37,172 bases of DNA. Source: Cyanobacteria bacterium J06626_4. GTDB taxonomy: Bacteria > Cyanobacteriota > Cyanobacteriia > Phormidesmidales > Phormidesmidaceae. The notes under the pieces are model-generated. The model was not told the DNA's origin. It did not search any database and saw only the letters and a program-made list of their open reading frames with translations. Shown in pieces: positions 8,547 through 18,343 of the stretch. How positions within the stretch are numbered: the first letter of the stretch is position 1; every line of letters begins with the position of its first letter. Position numbers and translations under genes: made by a program. Where the stretch lies: NCBI GenBank assembly GCA_038523235.1, contig JBCBJQ010000057.1:1-37172 (forward strand). Direction: 5' to 3'.

Positions 8547-9512
8547 ATGAACCAAGGCTGGATTTATCGCGATCGCATTCCGGCGGCGGCCATCGGCCAA
8601 ACCCTGCTGGACTATTACACCCAGCGGTATCGCCATTCGAGTCGAGCCGATTGGCAACAGCGGATCGAGGCCGGGCAGGTGACGGTCGATGAGGGGCTTG
8701 GCCTTGCAGAGCAGCCGCTGCAGCCCGGCCAGCACCTGGCCTATCATCGTCCCCCTTGGCAAGAACCGGCAGTGCCGCTGGCGTTTGCCGTGCTCTATGA
8801 AGATGATGACTTTCTGGCGATCGCCAAACCCTCAGGCTTGCCCGTTTTACCCGGCGGCGGCTTTTTAGAACATACACTGCTACATCAGCTCAGGCAGCGC
8901 TACGACGAGCCGCTGCTGAGTCCAGTGCATCGCTTGGGTCGGGGAACGTCGGGAGTGATGCTGTGGGCACGATCGCCCCTAGCCAAATCAGAACTAAGTC
9001 GCCAAATGCGCCGCTCTACCTATGAAACGTCCTCTGAAAGTGCCCCCGCTATGGCTCTCCGCAAAACCTATCGGGCGCTGATTGGTCCCGGTGAGTTGCC
9101 TGACACATGGGTGATGACAACGCCCATTGGGCCAGTGCCTTACCCCCAGTTGGGCACGGTGCATGCAGCCACGCCCACAGGTAAACCCGCCCGCAGCGAG
9201 GCCCGCGTGGTGAGTCGCGGTGACGCACAGACACTGCTAGACGTGACAATTTTTACGGGACGACCGCACCAAATTCGCATTCATCTGGCGGCAGCCGGCT
9301 ATCCGCTGTTAAATGATCCCCTGTATGCGCCGGGTGGCCAGCCTTATCCGGTGACCGATCCGCAGGGAACAGTGCCCGTGCCGGGGGACTGTGGCTATTG
9401 GTTGCATGCCCATCGGCTGCAGTTACACCATCCCCGCACGCGATCGCCCCTCAAAATTGTGGCCCCGCCACCCCCGCCGCTACAAACTCCGGCTGAGCAG
9501 GCTGAGACATGA
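8547..9512 (+). CDS. RluA-family pseudouridine synthase with an S4-like N-terminus
   Basis: KPSGLPVLPGG, HRLGRGTSG (variant catalytic loop; the usual HRLD Asp is Gly here), TGRPHQIRIHLA and LHA motifs. Start set at ATG 8547 (MNQGWIY). Confidence 0.88.
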   Translation: MNQGWIYRDRIPAAAIGQTLLDYYTQRYRHSSRADWQQRIEAGQVTVDEGLGLAEQPLQPGQHLAYHRPPWQEPAVPLAFAVLYEDDDFLAIAKPSGLPVLPGGGFLEHTLLHQLRQRYDEPLLSPVHRLGRGTSGVMLWARSPLAKSELSRQMRRSTYETSSESAPAMALRKTYRALIGPGELPDTWVMTTPIGPVPYPQLGTVHAATPTGKPARSEARVVSRGDAQTLLDVTIFTGRPHQIRIHLAAAGYPLLNDPLYAPGGQPYPVTDPQGTVPVPGDCGYWLHAHRLQLHHPRTRSPLKIVAPPPPPLQTPAEQAET

Positions 9513-9755
9513 GCAATTGGGTTTTAAAGGGGACAACAAGTTGACTGGGCAGTTAGACCGCTCGACGCCTCTCAAGCAGTTGCCCCAACCATAGAGCAGC
9601 AGAGCGGACAGGCGAATTGTGCAACAACTTGTCAAAGAATGGGGCTAAAGGGTGGTTGCCGCGATCGCCAGGCGGTATTTTTGCTCTATTGTGCTCCAGT
9701 CCAGCCTGGAGCACCTTTCGCCTGGCTGTTTCTACCGTTGTCGTAACTCCGCCCT

Positions 9756-12700
9756 ATGCTCGACCAGTTTTGGGAAATTGTCGGTTACGTCTTTGCCCTC
9801 AACGGTGCCGCCTTTCGCATCGCGAGCCGCTTGCCGATAGCCCTGTGGCTGGCACTCTTGATCGTGGTGTTGGCGGGACTGTCGCGCAGCATTGGCCAGT
9901 GCGTCATTCTGTTTCTCAATCAAGTCAAGCCACAGCGGTTTGTGATGAGCCTGTTGATTAACGCTCTGCTGTTTGTCGGGGGCTTTTTAGCGCTGGTGGG
10001 GTCAACCTGGTTGATTACGTTAGTGCCGTGGTCCATCAGCGTTTCCCTGAGCGCTCTGATCACGGTGCTCGGGCTATCCTATGCGCCCCTGCTGTTTAGT
10101 TTTTTGGGCGCGCTACCTTACCTGGGCGTTCCCCTACTGTCTTTGTTGTCGGTGTGGCACCTGCTCGCCATGGTGGTGGGCTTTGGGGCCGTGACCGGAA
10201 CCAACATTCCCGGCGCGTTTGGTTATGTGGCGGTTGGCTGGCTCGCCCTGCAAATTATTGAACAAACCATTGGCCGACCGATCGCCGCCCTGACCCAGTG
10301 GTTAGAAGACACGGCAGCCGGGGTCGATCTCAAAACCGAACGCCAAGAGATCGTGGCCCTGTTTCAAGACCGGATTGCCGCCTCTAACGATGAACTCAAA
10401 TCAGAGGTGCAACAGCGACTCGACACCGTTCAGCAAGCACGACAAACTGCCGTGCCGATCAGCCTGTCTGCCAGTGACAATCGGCCACCGCTGGCTGCTG
10501 TGGGGTTTGGCGAAGCGATCACGACGGCCACCGCTCAACCCACGGTTACTCAGGGTGCAGAACGCAGCGATAGCCCGCTGTTGAAAACGGCCCTCGGGCT
10601 GATCGCGATGGTGCTGCTGACGCTGATTGTGCTGGTGCTGTTGCGGCCTGTGCGAGAGTGGTGGTTTGGCTGGTTTGGCAACTTGCCCGAGCTGGTGCAG
10701 CTGGTACTCAACCTGGTGTGGATTGCGATCGTCGCTGTCATCGTCGCGGGGTTGCTGGCGCCCCTCGAAACGCTGGGCTGGTGGGCCGGTTGGTATGAGG
10801 ATGAAGTCAACGCGATCGACAATGCCGGTGAGCTCGCCGCACCGATCGCTGACACCGACACCCTTGATCGATACGTGGTGTACCTCGATGGCATTGGCAA
10901 ATCGAGCTATGAGTATTTGCCTGACGTCGAAGACTTTTTGGATGCGTTGGCCCCGGCGCTGCCTGCAGGGGTGGCGTTAGTGCGGGGCATCATGCCCTAC
11001 TCCGTGATGAATAAGCCGCTGGATGAAGACCGGACGCTGTCGTTTTTTTGGCGCTATGCCGACCAGTTGCGGTTTGCCAACCCGTCGAGTTTGTTGGGGC
11101 TCATCGTCAACATCCGCAATGTTTTGATTGTGGGTGTCTCTGCTGATCGCCGCTACGGCCCACTCTACAACCAGGGGATTGCGCAGATTGTGCTGAGCGG
11201 CTTGCTCAAAAACGGCTATCGCCTGGGCAGTGGCACCCCGGTCACCTTCATTGGCTACAGTGGCGGCGGTCAAATGTCTTGTGCCAACGCGCCCTTCTTA
11301 AAGCGCGCCATTGCCGCTCCGATCGATGTCATTTCTATAGGTGGGGTGATCAGCGCCAACAGTAACTTTCTCAAACTAGAGCATCTGCACCATCTGGTGG
11401 GTGAGAAAGATGATGTTGAGCGCATTGGCCCCCTGATGTTTCCGGGCCGGTGGAAAGTCTTTCCCCTGTCATTTTGGAACCGGGCGAAGCGGCTGGGCAA
11501 AATTACGATTATCCCGATGGGGCCAGTCGGTCACAATGTGCCGGGGGGCGTGCTGGATCCCAAAGTGATTCTGGCGGATGGACGCACCGCCCTACAGCAA
11601 ACGATTGACACCATTAACGCGATTCTCTGCGGTGATCTGGTAACGGGGAAAGATCTGGAACCAGCGAAGCCGAGTAACTACAGTCTTTACCGCCAGCTAC
11701 CGTTTTGCCAGCCGAGTTTTTATCCTCTTGGCTCGTCGCCTGATCCGGGCCTGTATCAGCCGATTGGTGAGTGGATGGGGCGATTGATTTTGCCCGCTAA
11801 AGCAGCGCGATCGCAGGTGCAAGGGGTGCTGATCGAAATCTCCCACGCGCCACCTGACTACGCCCACCTGGTAGGGCAAACGGTGCCTCTACGCTGGCAG
11901 CGCGATTTGCCTCAAGTGCAGCGTCTGGTCCAAGCGGTGACCCGCGATGTCAACTTCAGCGCCGATGCCGAATACAACAGCAAGTTTAGCGGCATGGTGC
12001 TGCCCGATCGCATCAACCGGTGGCGACAAGTCGATCCCCTCGAATCCCTCGCAGGGAGTCACCCAGTGGATGACATCACGGTGATGCTGATGGCGATCGA
12101 CGTGCGATCGGCAGATGATGGCACGGTGGCTCTGCATACGCGCTACCAGCCGGTCGAAATCACCGGTCGCTATTACGCCCTGGTGCAGTTCATCACCCCT
12201 GAAGGCCCCGATCAATATCGCGTGCGCCACTTCAATGCCACGACCCGCCAGTTTGACGGCCCCGCAACGGTGATGAGCACGCCGCCAGTGATGGTGGCGA
12301 AAGACTATGGCAGCTATCCCTCGACCCTCAACCAAATCGAAAATTCGCCCATCAATGAGCAGGGATGGTATGTCTATGGCGCTCTGAACGCCGCAGGCCA
12401 GTTTGTCGTGCAAGCCTGGATGCCGCGAGCGTTGATGCGGCTGCAGCCCGATCGCGTCGTCTTTGGCGAAAAGAATGTCTATCGTCACATTCGCCAAGAA
12501 ACCTGGGATGACATGGCGGCGAAAAAAGGCCAAACCTCATCGGTGTTGGGGACGCCCCGCGACAACGGCACTGCCGCTGCCATTCAAGCCGCCGTTGAGG
12601 ATTGGCAGGCAGGAGATCGCGCTCTGGTACTGCACACCTACGGCGGCATTGGTGGCGAACAGAAAGAACCAGCAGCAGCGACGCCCATTTTCTTTGGCCA

Positions 12701-13451
12701 CTTTGCCTTTGGGGTGGCACAAGTCAAGCACGATCTGCTGGCGGATGAACTGCGGTTTGAGATTTGCTATTACCAGGTCTATACCCAAAATACGGATGGC
12801 TTAGTGGCGGGCACCCTGCACTGGTCGCGCTACATGGGCGATCGCCAAAGGGGCTGGCTGGGCAACCGGCCCACCTGCGACATGGTGGTTAAACTCCCCT
12901 GCTTTACCGAAGATTTTGACTTCGACCGGGCACCCCAATCAGCCCTGCATTACATGGAAAGCTTTTTGATGGCGATGACGGCGCGATATCGCATCGGCGA
13001 TGGCACCGGCGCTACCTATGTCGGCCCGGCCAATAACTGCTCGCAAGATTCCAATCAGGCCTTGTTTGCGGCAGTGCGACAGTTGGGGCAGGCGATGGGG
13101 GCGCAAGCAGCACAACTGCAGTACTGGGCCGCCGCGCATCCAGACCAGGCGCAGCGGTTTCAACAGTTGATGATCTTTGGTAAAGACTTGAAGCAGGCTC
13201 TGCAGCCCTTTGGCAAGACTCGCGCCGATTGGGAAACCAATGAGTTTAATCTGGGTGCCACTTTGGAACATAAGCCCCTGGAAAACCTGATGATGGGCCT
13301 CACCAGCTGGCGCACGCTGTTGCCGCGCAAAGCTAGCGATACGGTGATACGAGCCTTTCTTAAGTACGGTGCCACCGTTTGGATTTTGCGCACGAACCAG
13401 GTCGGCGGCCATGACCCCAATATCGAACCGATCGCGCCGATCACGCTGTAG
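9756..13451 (+). CDS. Large multidomain membrane protein: N-terminal multi-TM (YIP1-like) region, alpha/beta-hydrolase-like domain and a large C-terminal domain
   Basis: Uninterrupted 1231-aa ORF with about 7-8 hydrophobic helices in the first 345 aa, a GYSGG nucleophile elbow and C-terminal FFGHFAFG...NNCSQDS. It resembles cyanobacterial proteins loosely labelled 'CAAX protease', but has no CPBP EExxxR motif. Confidence 0.85.
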   Translation: MLDQFWEIVGYVFALNGAAFRIASRLPIALWLALLIVVLAGLSRSIGQCVILFLNQVKPQRFVMSLLINALLFVGGFLALVGSTWLITLVPWSISVSLSALITVLGLSYAPLLFSFLGALPYLGVPLLSLLSVWHLLAMVVGFGAVTGTNIPGAFGYVAVGWLALQIIEQTIGRPIAALTQWLEDTAAGVDLKTERQEIVALFQDRIAASNDELKSEVQQRLDTVQQARQTAVPISLSASDNRPPLAAVGFGEAITTATAQPTVTQGAERSDSPLLKTALGLIAMVLLTLIVLVLLRPVREWWFGWFGNLPELVQLVLNLVWIAIVAVIVAGLLAPLETLGWWAGWYEDEVNAIDNAGELAAPIADTDTLDRYVVYLDGIGKSSYEYLPDVEDFLDALAPALPAGVALVRGIMPYSVMNKPLDEDRTLSFFWRYADQLRFANPSSLLGLIVNIRNVLIVGVSADRRYGPLYNQGIAQIVLSGLLKNGYRLGSGTPVTFIGYSGGGQMSCANAPFLKRAIAAPIDVISIGGVISANSNFLKLEHLHHLVGEKDDVERIGPLMFPGRWKVFPLSFWNRAKRLGKITIIPMGPVGHNVPGGVLDPKVILADGRTALQQTIDTINAILCGDLVTGKDLEPAKPSNYSLYRQLPFCQPSFYPLGSSPDPGLYQPIGEWMGRLILPAKAARSQVQGVLIEISHAPPDYAHLVGQTVPLRWQRDLPQVQRLVQAVTRDVNFSADAEYNSKFSGMVLPDRINRWRQVDPLESLAGSHPVDDITVMLMAIDVRSADDGTVALHTRYQPVEITGRYYALVQFITPEGPDQYRVRHFNATTRQFDGPATVMSTPPVMVAKDYGSYPSTLNQIENSPINEQGWYVYGALNAAGQFVVQAWMPRALMRLQPDRVVFGEKNVYRHIRQETWDDMAAKKGQTSSVLGTPRDNGTAAAIQAAVEDWQAGDRALVLHTYGGIGGEQKEPAAATPIFFGHFAFGVAQVKHDLLADELRFEICYYQVYTQNTDGLVAGTLHWSRYMGDRQRGWLGNRPTCDMVVKLPCFTEDFDFDRAPQSALHYMESFLMAMTARYRIGDGTGATYVGPANNCSQDSNQALFAAVRQLGQAMGAQAAQLQYWAAAHPDQAQRFQQLMIFGKDLKQALQPFGKTRADWETNEFNLGATLEHKPLENLMMGLTSWRTLLPRKASDTVIRAFLKYGATVWILRTNQVGGHDPNIEPIAPITL

Positions 13452-13551
13452 GCAGCCTGTCGCGAGTCCCGATCACGGAGAATCGGTTTCCCCCCTTATT
13501 AAGCAAAGTGGCAACTCGATAACCGCTGGGTGTCGGCAGGCGACTGAATCC

Positions 13552-15630
13552 CTAATCAGTGGTTTCAGGAGTGGGCTCACTGGAGTCAGTATCAGCCGTT
13601 TTAGCCGGGGGTTCACTCGGCCCATCGACTGGCTTGGCCGACTCTGCCATGGACTGTGCGGCCTCTAGGTTGGGGCGGAGTTTGACCCTGACACCGATCG
13701 CAGTGATGTTGTCATGACCGTTGTGCTCGTTGGCCAGATCAATCAGGTTGGCAATGCCTTCATCCAGGTCGGCGCGCGATCGCAGCATCGGTTCCACATG
13801 AGATTTGACATGACTTTCGAGCAAGTCGTTGTCACTTAAGCCATCGGAGCACAAGAGTAACAGCGTATCTTGAGTAATCGGGAATGGGGTTATCGTCGGC
13901 GCGACATCATCATTGTTGCGTGGGCCTAACGCTTGGGTGAGCTGATAAGCATCGGGACGGGCATAGGCGATCGCGGGCTCGACGCCGCGATTCACTTCGC
14001 GCTGCCCGACTTCATGATCCACCGTGATTTGCTTGAGCCCTTGCCGGGTGCAGAGGTAGAGGCGACTATCCCCCACATGGGCCACGATCGCCTGATGATC
14101 AGCCACCAATAGCAACACTAAGGTGGTACCCATGCGGGCATTACCGGCCCGATCTTCCGCCTCATTTTGCTCAAAAATAGCCTGATTGGCCTGCAAGATG
14201 CCGTCCTTGATGACGGTTTCATCGGGCAGCTCCGCCACCCAATGCTCTAAAAAGTAATCGCGTAGGGTCTGCACCGCTAAGGCACTCGCCACCTCACCGC
14301 CAAGGTGCCCGCCCATGCCATCACACAAAATATAGAGACCGCGCGCCTGGAGCTGTGTACCCACAGGGCTATCAGTACGCTTGAGCTGAGTCTCCGCAAA
14401 AAATGAATCTTCGTTATGCGATCGCTGCCGCCCAATATGGGTGCGCCCAACCTCGTCTAACCGATAGAGCTTCATCGGGAGGGCCATGGTGGGGAGATCA
14501 CTCTGACCATCTTCCGAGGATGGCACCGCGAGGTCGTCTTCGCCCGCCAAACCGTCTAACTCGTCAGCCAGCAGCAGGTCGTCCACCACCAGCGGCACGG
14601 CGTCATCTTCTGAGAGCGGGGGCAGCGGCATCCCGGCAGTTCCCGAGCCAGGAGTAATGGGACCCGCATCGAGAGCGGGCAATGCCGCCTCTGGGCCCTC
14701 CGGCCCAGAGACGTTGGGATCAAGCGGCAGGCCCTGCAGCTCATCGGCAATATCGGCTAGCTGCGCTTTCACCAATTCAAGCGCCGTCATCTCACCCGCC
14801 GTCATCTGGTCGGCCAGGAGCGTGAGAGCCGGCAGATCATAGGCCAGCTCTTGCAGGAGTGACTGCCAGAGCAGCCCTAAATCTTGCAGGGTATATTGGC
14901 GATCGCCCGCGTTAAAAATGAGACGCTGTAAACAGACCACCTGATCATCATCAACGCGTAAGTTGCTGGGTTCCAGCAGACTAGGTTCGGCCTCGACGGC
15001 GATTAAGGCATCCCACAGCGTCAAAATTTCATAGCACCAATGCACCAGCTCTAGGGGCTCAACCTCCCCAGACTGTAGCAGCGCTGAGAGAGTCTGCCAG
15101 GTAGAGCGATCTTCTACCACCACCACCGTCAGCTCACTTTCTCGCCAAGCGGCCTGCAGCTCAGGCACCATCGGAAAAAACTGGTCTTGTAACTGCCAGT
15201 AGGCCAAGGCCGCTGTGGGCAAGCGTTCGACCAACGCTTCATCATCGACCTCTTCGTTCGCGTTGTCGAGTAACTGCATCAGGGGTGAGTCACTCGCCGG
15301 CTCACAATCTAAAAGGCTGAGCAGGATTTCTGCCGTGTCTAACGGGGTGTCGGCAGCGGTGGGCTGGCGGAGCTGATAGCGCGGCTCCCCCCGCAAGCGC
15401 TGATCGGCTGTGAGCAATTGTGCGACTTGCGGTGAAGCGGCAGCTTCCGGCGTGGCGGCGATTGCCACCGCGCCAGTGGGGGCCGTTTCTGGCAGCGGCG
15501 ATTGGGGATGACGCTCACTGTTCCGGGTAGGCGTGATCACCGCTCGCAGTCCCTTCAGAGCATTGCCGCACTGCTGACAAAAACGATTTTGAGGTGGGTT
15601 TTCGAATTGGCAGTGCGGACAGACAAACAT
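13552..15630 (-). CDS. PP2C/Stp1-type Ser/Thr phosphatase with an N-terminal zinc ribbon and a degenerate kinase-like domain
   Basis: CPHC..N...NRFCQQCG zinc ribbon. PP2C motifs GRQRSHNED, LCDGMGGH.GGE.AS, MGTT, HVGDSR, LCSDGL and GHDNIT. Confidence 0.93.
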   Translation of the reverse strand: MFVCPHCQFENPPQNRFCQQCGNALKGLRAVITPTRNSERHPQSPLPETAPTGAVAIAATPEAAASPQVAQLLTADQRLRGEPRYQLRQPTAADTPLDTAEILLSLLDCEPASDSPLMQLLDNANEEVDDEALVERLPTAALAYWQLQDQFFPMVPELQAAWRESELTVVVVEDRSTWQTLSALLQSGEVEPLELVHWCYEILTLWDALIAVEAEPSLLEPSNLRVDDDQVVCLQRLIFNAGDRQYTLQDLGLLWQSLLQELAYDLPALTLLADQMTAGEMTALELVKAQLADIADELQGLPLDPNVSGPEGPEAALPALDAGPITPGSGTAGMPLPPLSEDDAVPLVVDDLLLADELDGLAGEDDLAVPSSEDGQSDLPTMALPMKLYRLDEVGRTHIGRQRSHNEDSFFAETQLKRTDSPVGTQLQARGLYILCDGMGGHLGGEVASALAVQTLRDYFLEHWVAELPDETVIKDGILQANQAIFEQNEAEDRAGNARMGTTLVLLLVADHQAIVAHVGDSRLYLCTRQGLKQITVDHEVGQREVNRGVEPAIAYARPDAYQLTQALGPRNNDDVAPTITPFPITQDTLLLLCSDGLSDNDLLESHVKSHVEPMLRSRADLDEGIANLIDLANEHNGHDNITAIGVRVKLRPNLEAAQSMAESAKPVDGPSEPPAKTADTDSSEPTPETTD

Positions 15631-15910
15631 GGCCAGGAACCTAAGCTGCTATCTGGCGAGGCAGTCGAAAAGTTTTATCCCCATAGCTTACCCGAAGAAT
15701 CGCCAGTGAGCTGCGCTGCACCTGGCAACCGGATTTATCAGGCAATTGGGTGCATCAACTATTTCAATGCCACACAATCAGATTCAAACGATCGCTCACA
15801 CCAAACATACTAAGAAATTTCCCGATACGGCAGCCAAAATCCGGAAATGCCGACAATTGGAGCCTGACCAGAGGATGCCTGGTCGTGCTGGGGTAGCCAG
15901 GCAGCCAGGT

Positions 15911-16630
15911 TTACGGCGGCAAATTTTCGCTTAAGAGCTGCTGCACTTCATCAGGGGTCAGCGATCGCCAATCGCCAGGAGCCAAGCCCGCCAGGGTCAA
16001 GCTGCCAATCGCCCACCGCACCAGTCGCAAGGTCGGATGCCCCACAGCCGCTGTCATGCGCCGCACCTGCCGGTTGCGACCTTCGGTCAGCACCAGCTCC
16101 AGCCAGCTAGTGGGCACTGATTTGCGGTAGCGAATGGGGGGCTGCCGCGGCGGTAGGGTAGGTGCTTGCGGCAAGCTGGCTACCTCCGCCGGACGCGTGC
16201 GTTGGCCTTTGATCTCAACGCCCTGGCGCAGCTGCTGCAGAGCCGCCGCATCCGGTTGGCGCTCGACCTGCACCCAATAGGTGCGGGGATGGCCGTATTG
16301 GGGATTGCTCAAGCGATGCTGCAGGCGGCCATGATCGGTCAACAACAGTAGACCTTCGCTGTCGCGATCAAGGCGACCGACCGGGTAAACCCCCGGCACC
16401 TCAATGAAATTTTTGAGAATGACGCGATCGCCCTGACTATCGGTGAACTGACTCAGCACGTCGTAGGGCTTATAGAAGATGAGATAGCGATAGGCCGCTG
16501 ACGCCTTCCCGGCGCCTGGTTGAGCAGTGACTGCGCCCCGAGGCGATCGTCGTGAAGGAGGTTTTCTGCGCCGACGGGGAGGAGTCAAAACTATATCAAC
16601 CTGTGTAACTGTTTGCTGCAATATTTGCAA
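15911..16630 (-). CDS. rluE: RsuA/RluE-family rRNA pseudouridine synthase
   Basis: [39 protein letters not shown] and [22 protein letters not shown]. The true start is probably downstream of 16630. Confidence 0.85.
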   Translation of the reverse strand: MQILQQTVTQVDIVLTPPRRRRKPPSRRSPRGAVTAQPGAGKASAAYRYLIFYKPYDVLSQFTDSQGDRVILKNFIEVPGVYPVGRLDRDSEGLLLLTDHGRLQHRLSNPQYGHPRTYWVQVERQPDAAALQQLRQGVEIKGQRTRPAEVASLPQAPTLPPRQPPIRYRKSVPTSWLELVLTEGRNRQVRRMTAAVGHPTLRLVRWAIGSLTLAGLAPGDWRSLTPDEVQQLLSENLPP

Positions 16631-16704
16631 ATATGTTGAGAAACTCTGCTTTCTGAGGCGAGACTTATATCCTAAAAGTAGCCAGCGTTTATCTCAGAAA
16701 GATT

Positions 16705-17016
16705 ATGGACAAGCTACAACGGTATCGGTTTAACTGCACGCTGACTTTTGGCGATATCTATGGTCAGGTGATTGCCTGGTTAGTCGTATTGCTCATTAGT
16801 TTGGCTGCTTCGATGGGTCTGATGGGTGCCCGCCAACCCTTGTACGCCTTGGTCTCAGTGGGCTTAATCCTAGTCTTGTCTTTGCCCTTTTTGCTCTTTG
16901 CGTTTGTGACTACATTGGTCAACCACATTGAGTTCGTCAGCATTGAGCCTGAGGCAGCGGCAGCATCGACGGCTAGCACCGGTGTGGCTCAGCAGCCGGC
17001 CCAAGCTGCGGGTTAA
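16705..17016 (+). CDS. Small conserved cyanobacterial membrane protein (2 TM)
   Basis: YRF.CTLTFGDIYGQ...LSLPFLLFAFVTTL.NHIE pattern with two hydrophobic helices; ATG start. Confidence 0.8.
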   Translation: MDKLQRYRFNCTLTFGDIYGQVIAWLVVLLISLAASMGLMGARQPLYALVSVGLILVLSLPFLLFAFVTTLVNHIEFVSIEPEAAAASTASTGVAQQPAQAAG

Positions 17017-17084
17017 CCAGCCACCTCACAAACGACGGCGGTTTAACCGTGGGGCATCATTGCGCCCCAAATCTGACTGCGACT

Positions 17085-17139
17085 AGCCACCTTGTACTCC
17101 TCAGCATGGTCTCGGGAGGATAGGGTGGCTTGTTTGTTT
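17085..17139 (+). terminator. Probable terminator hairpin
   Basis: AGCCACCTTGT.CTCC / GGAG.ATAGGGTGGCT stem followed by TGTTTGTTT, about 70 nt after the upstream stop. Confidence 0.55.
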
Positions 17140-17428
17140 AATTCATGAGTTTGCCATGGTTTGGGCGCGGTACTGTAGTGATGAACTCAGTGAGACGGAT
17201 CTGATCGTTCTGCTGATCAGCCGTAGCGGCATCGGCGATGGCGTCGGCCCTGTCTAGAGCACGTCATCAATCAAACTCGGCAGCCTGACGGTATGGGCAT
17301 AACCGCGCTCGCTCCGGCAAGCTAGTTAGCGGCTGAACCGCCTTCAACATCAGGAATCAGCCGCTCAATGATGACAGCCTCTAGTTTATTTGTTATTCGT
17401 TGTGCTCAACCCGCCTAATTGACTGCCC

Positions 17429-18226
17429 ATGACCGCCCCCGCCATCTTGGCTTTAGATTTTGACGGTGTCCTGTGTGATGGCCTGATCGAATATTTTCAG
17501 ACCGCTTGGCGAGCCTATTGCCAGCTGTTTCTCGATGCGGAATCAGCGCCACCCGAGGGCTTAGCCGAACAGTTCTATCCCCTGCGTCCGGTGATTGAAA
17601 CCGGTTGGGAAATGCCGCTGCTGCTCCACGCGCTGCAACAGGGCGTGAGCGCTGAGGCGGTTTTAGATCACTGGCCCACCCTGGTGCAATCGCTGTTGGC
17701 AGACACCTCACTACAGCCTGATGTGGCGATGGCCGCAGTAGATGGCGTCCGCGATCGCTGGATCAAAACCGATTTAGACAACTGGTTGAGTCTGCATCGG
17801 TTTTATCCTGGCGTGATTGACCGGCTGCAAGGGGCGATCGCCGCCGGTATTTTCCCCATCATTATTTCGACTAAAGAGGGGCGCTTTATTCAGGCCCTGC
17901 TGGCTCAAGCGGGGGTAGATCTGCCCCGCGAACAGATTATTGGCAAAGAGATCAATCAGTCTAAAACCGACACTTTGAAGCAGCTCCGGCAGTCGTCTGC
18001 AGCCGAGGTCAGCGGCCCGGTGCCCATTTGGTTTATCGAAGATCGCCTCAAAACGCTGGATAAAGTCAAAGCTGTGGATGACTTGCAGGATATTGTGCTG
18101 TTTCTGGCCGATTGGGGCTACAACACTGCCGATGAAAGGGCACGCGCCGCGATCGATTCCCGCATCCATCTGTTATCGTTATCTCAATTAGTACGTGAGT
18201 TCTCAGTATGGCAGGCTGTGGCCTAA
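17429..18226 (+). CDS. HAD-superfamily hydrolase
   Basis: LDFDGVLCD (motif I), ISTK (motif II), K (motif III) and FIEDR (motif IV); also RPVIETGWE and LADWGYN. Confidence 0.92.
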   Translation: MTAPAILALDFDGVLCDGLIEYFQTAWRAYCQLFLDAESAPPEGLAEQFYPLRPVIETGWEMPLLLHALQQGVSAEAVLDHWPTLVQSLLADTSLQPDVAMAAVDGVRDRWIKTDLDNWLSLHRFYPGVIDRLQGAIAAGIFPIIISTKEGRFIQALLAQAGVDLPREQIIGKEINQSKTDTLKQLRQSSAAEVSGPVPIWFIEDRLKTLDKVKAVDDLQDIVLFLADWGYNTADERARAAIDSRIHLLSLSQLVREFSVWQAVA

Positions 18227-18343
18227 TGCCTGGTCATGCTCAGTAGAACTGACCCTCCCTGGTGAAAATCTGGGGTGGGCACTCGCATCGGTAACTCACC
18301 CGCTCTCCTGGAAGCGGATTCCAGCCGCAATCAGAGCACTGCC

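Noticed and set aside
16603..16620. Possible NtcA site (GTA…) upstream of the small membrane protein; similarly GTA-N10-TAC near 27821
   Set aside because: Neither fits GTA-N8-TAC spacing.
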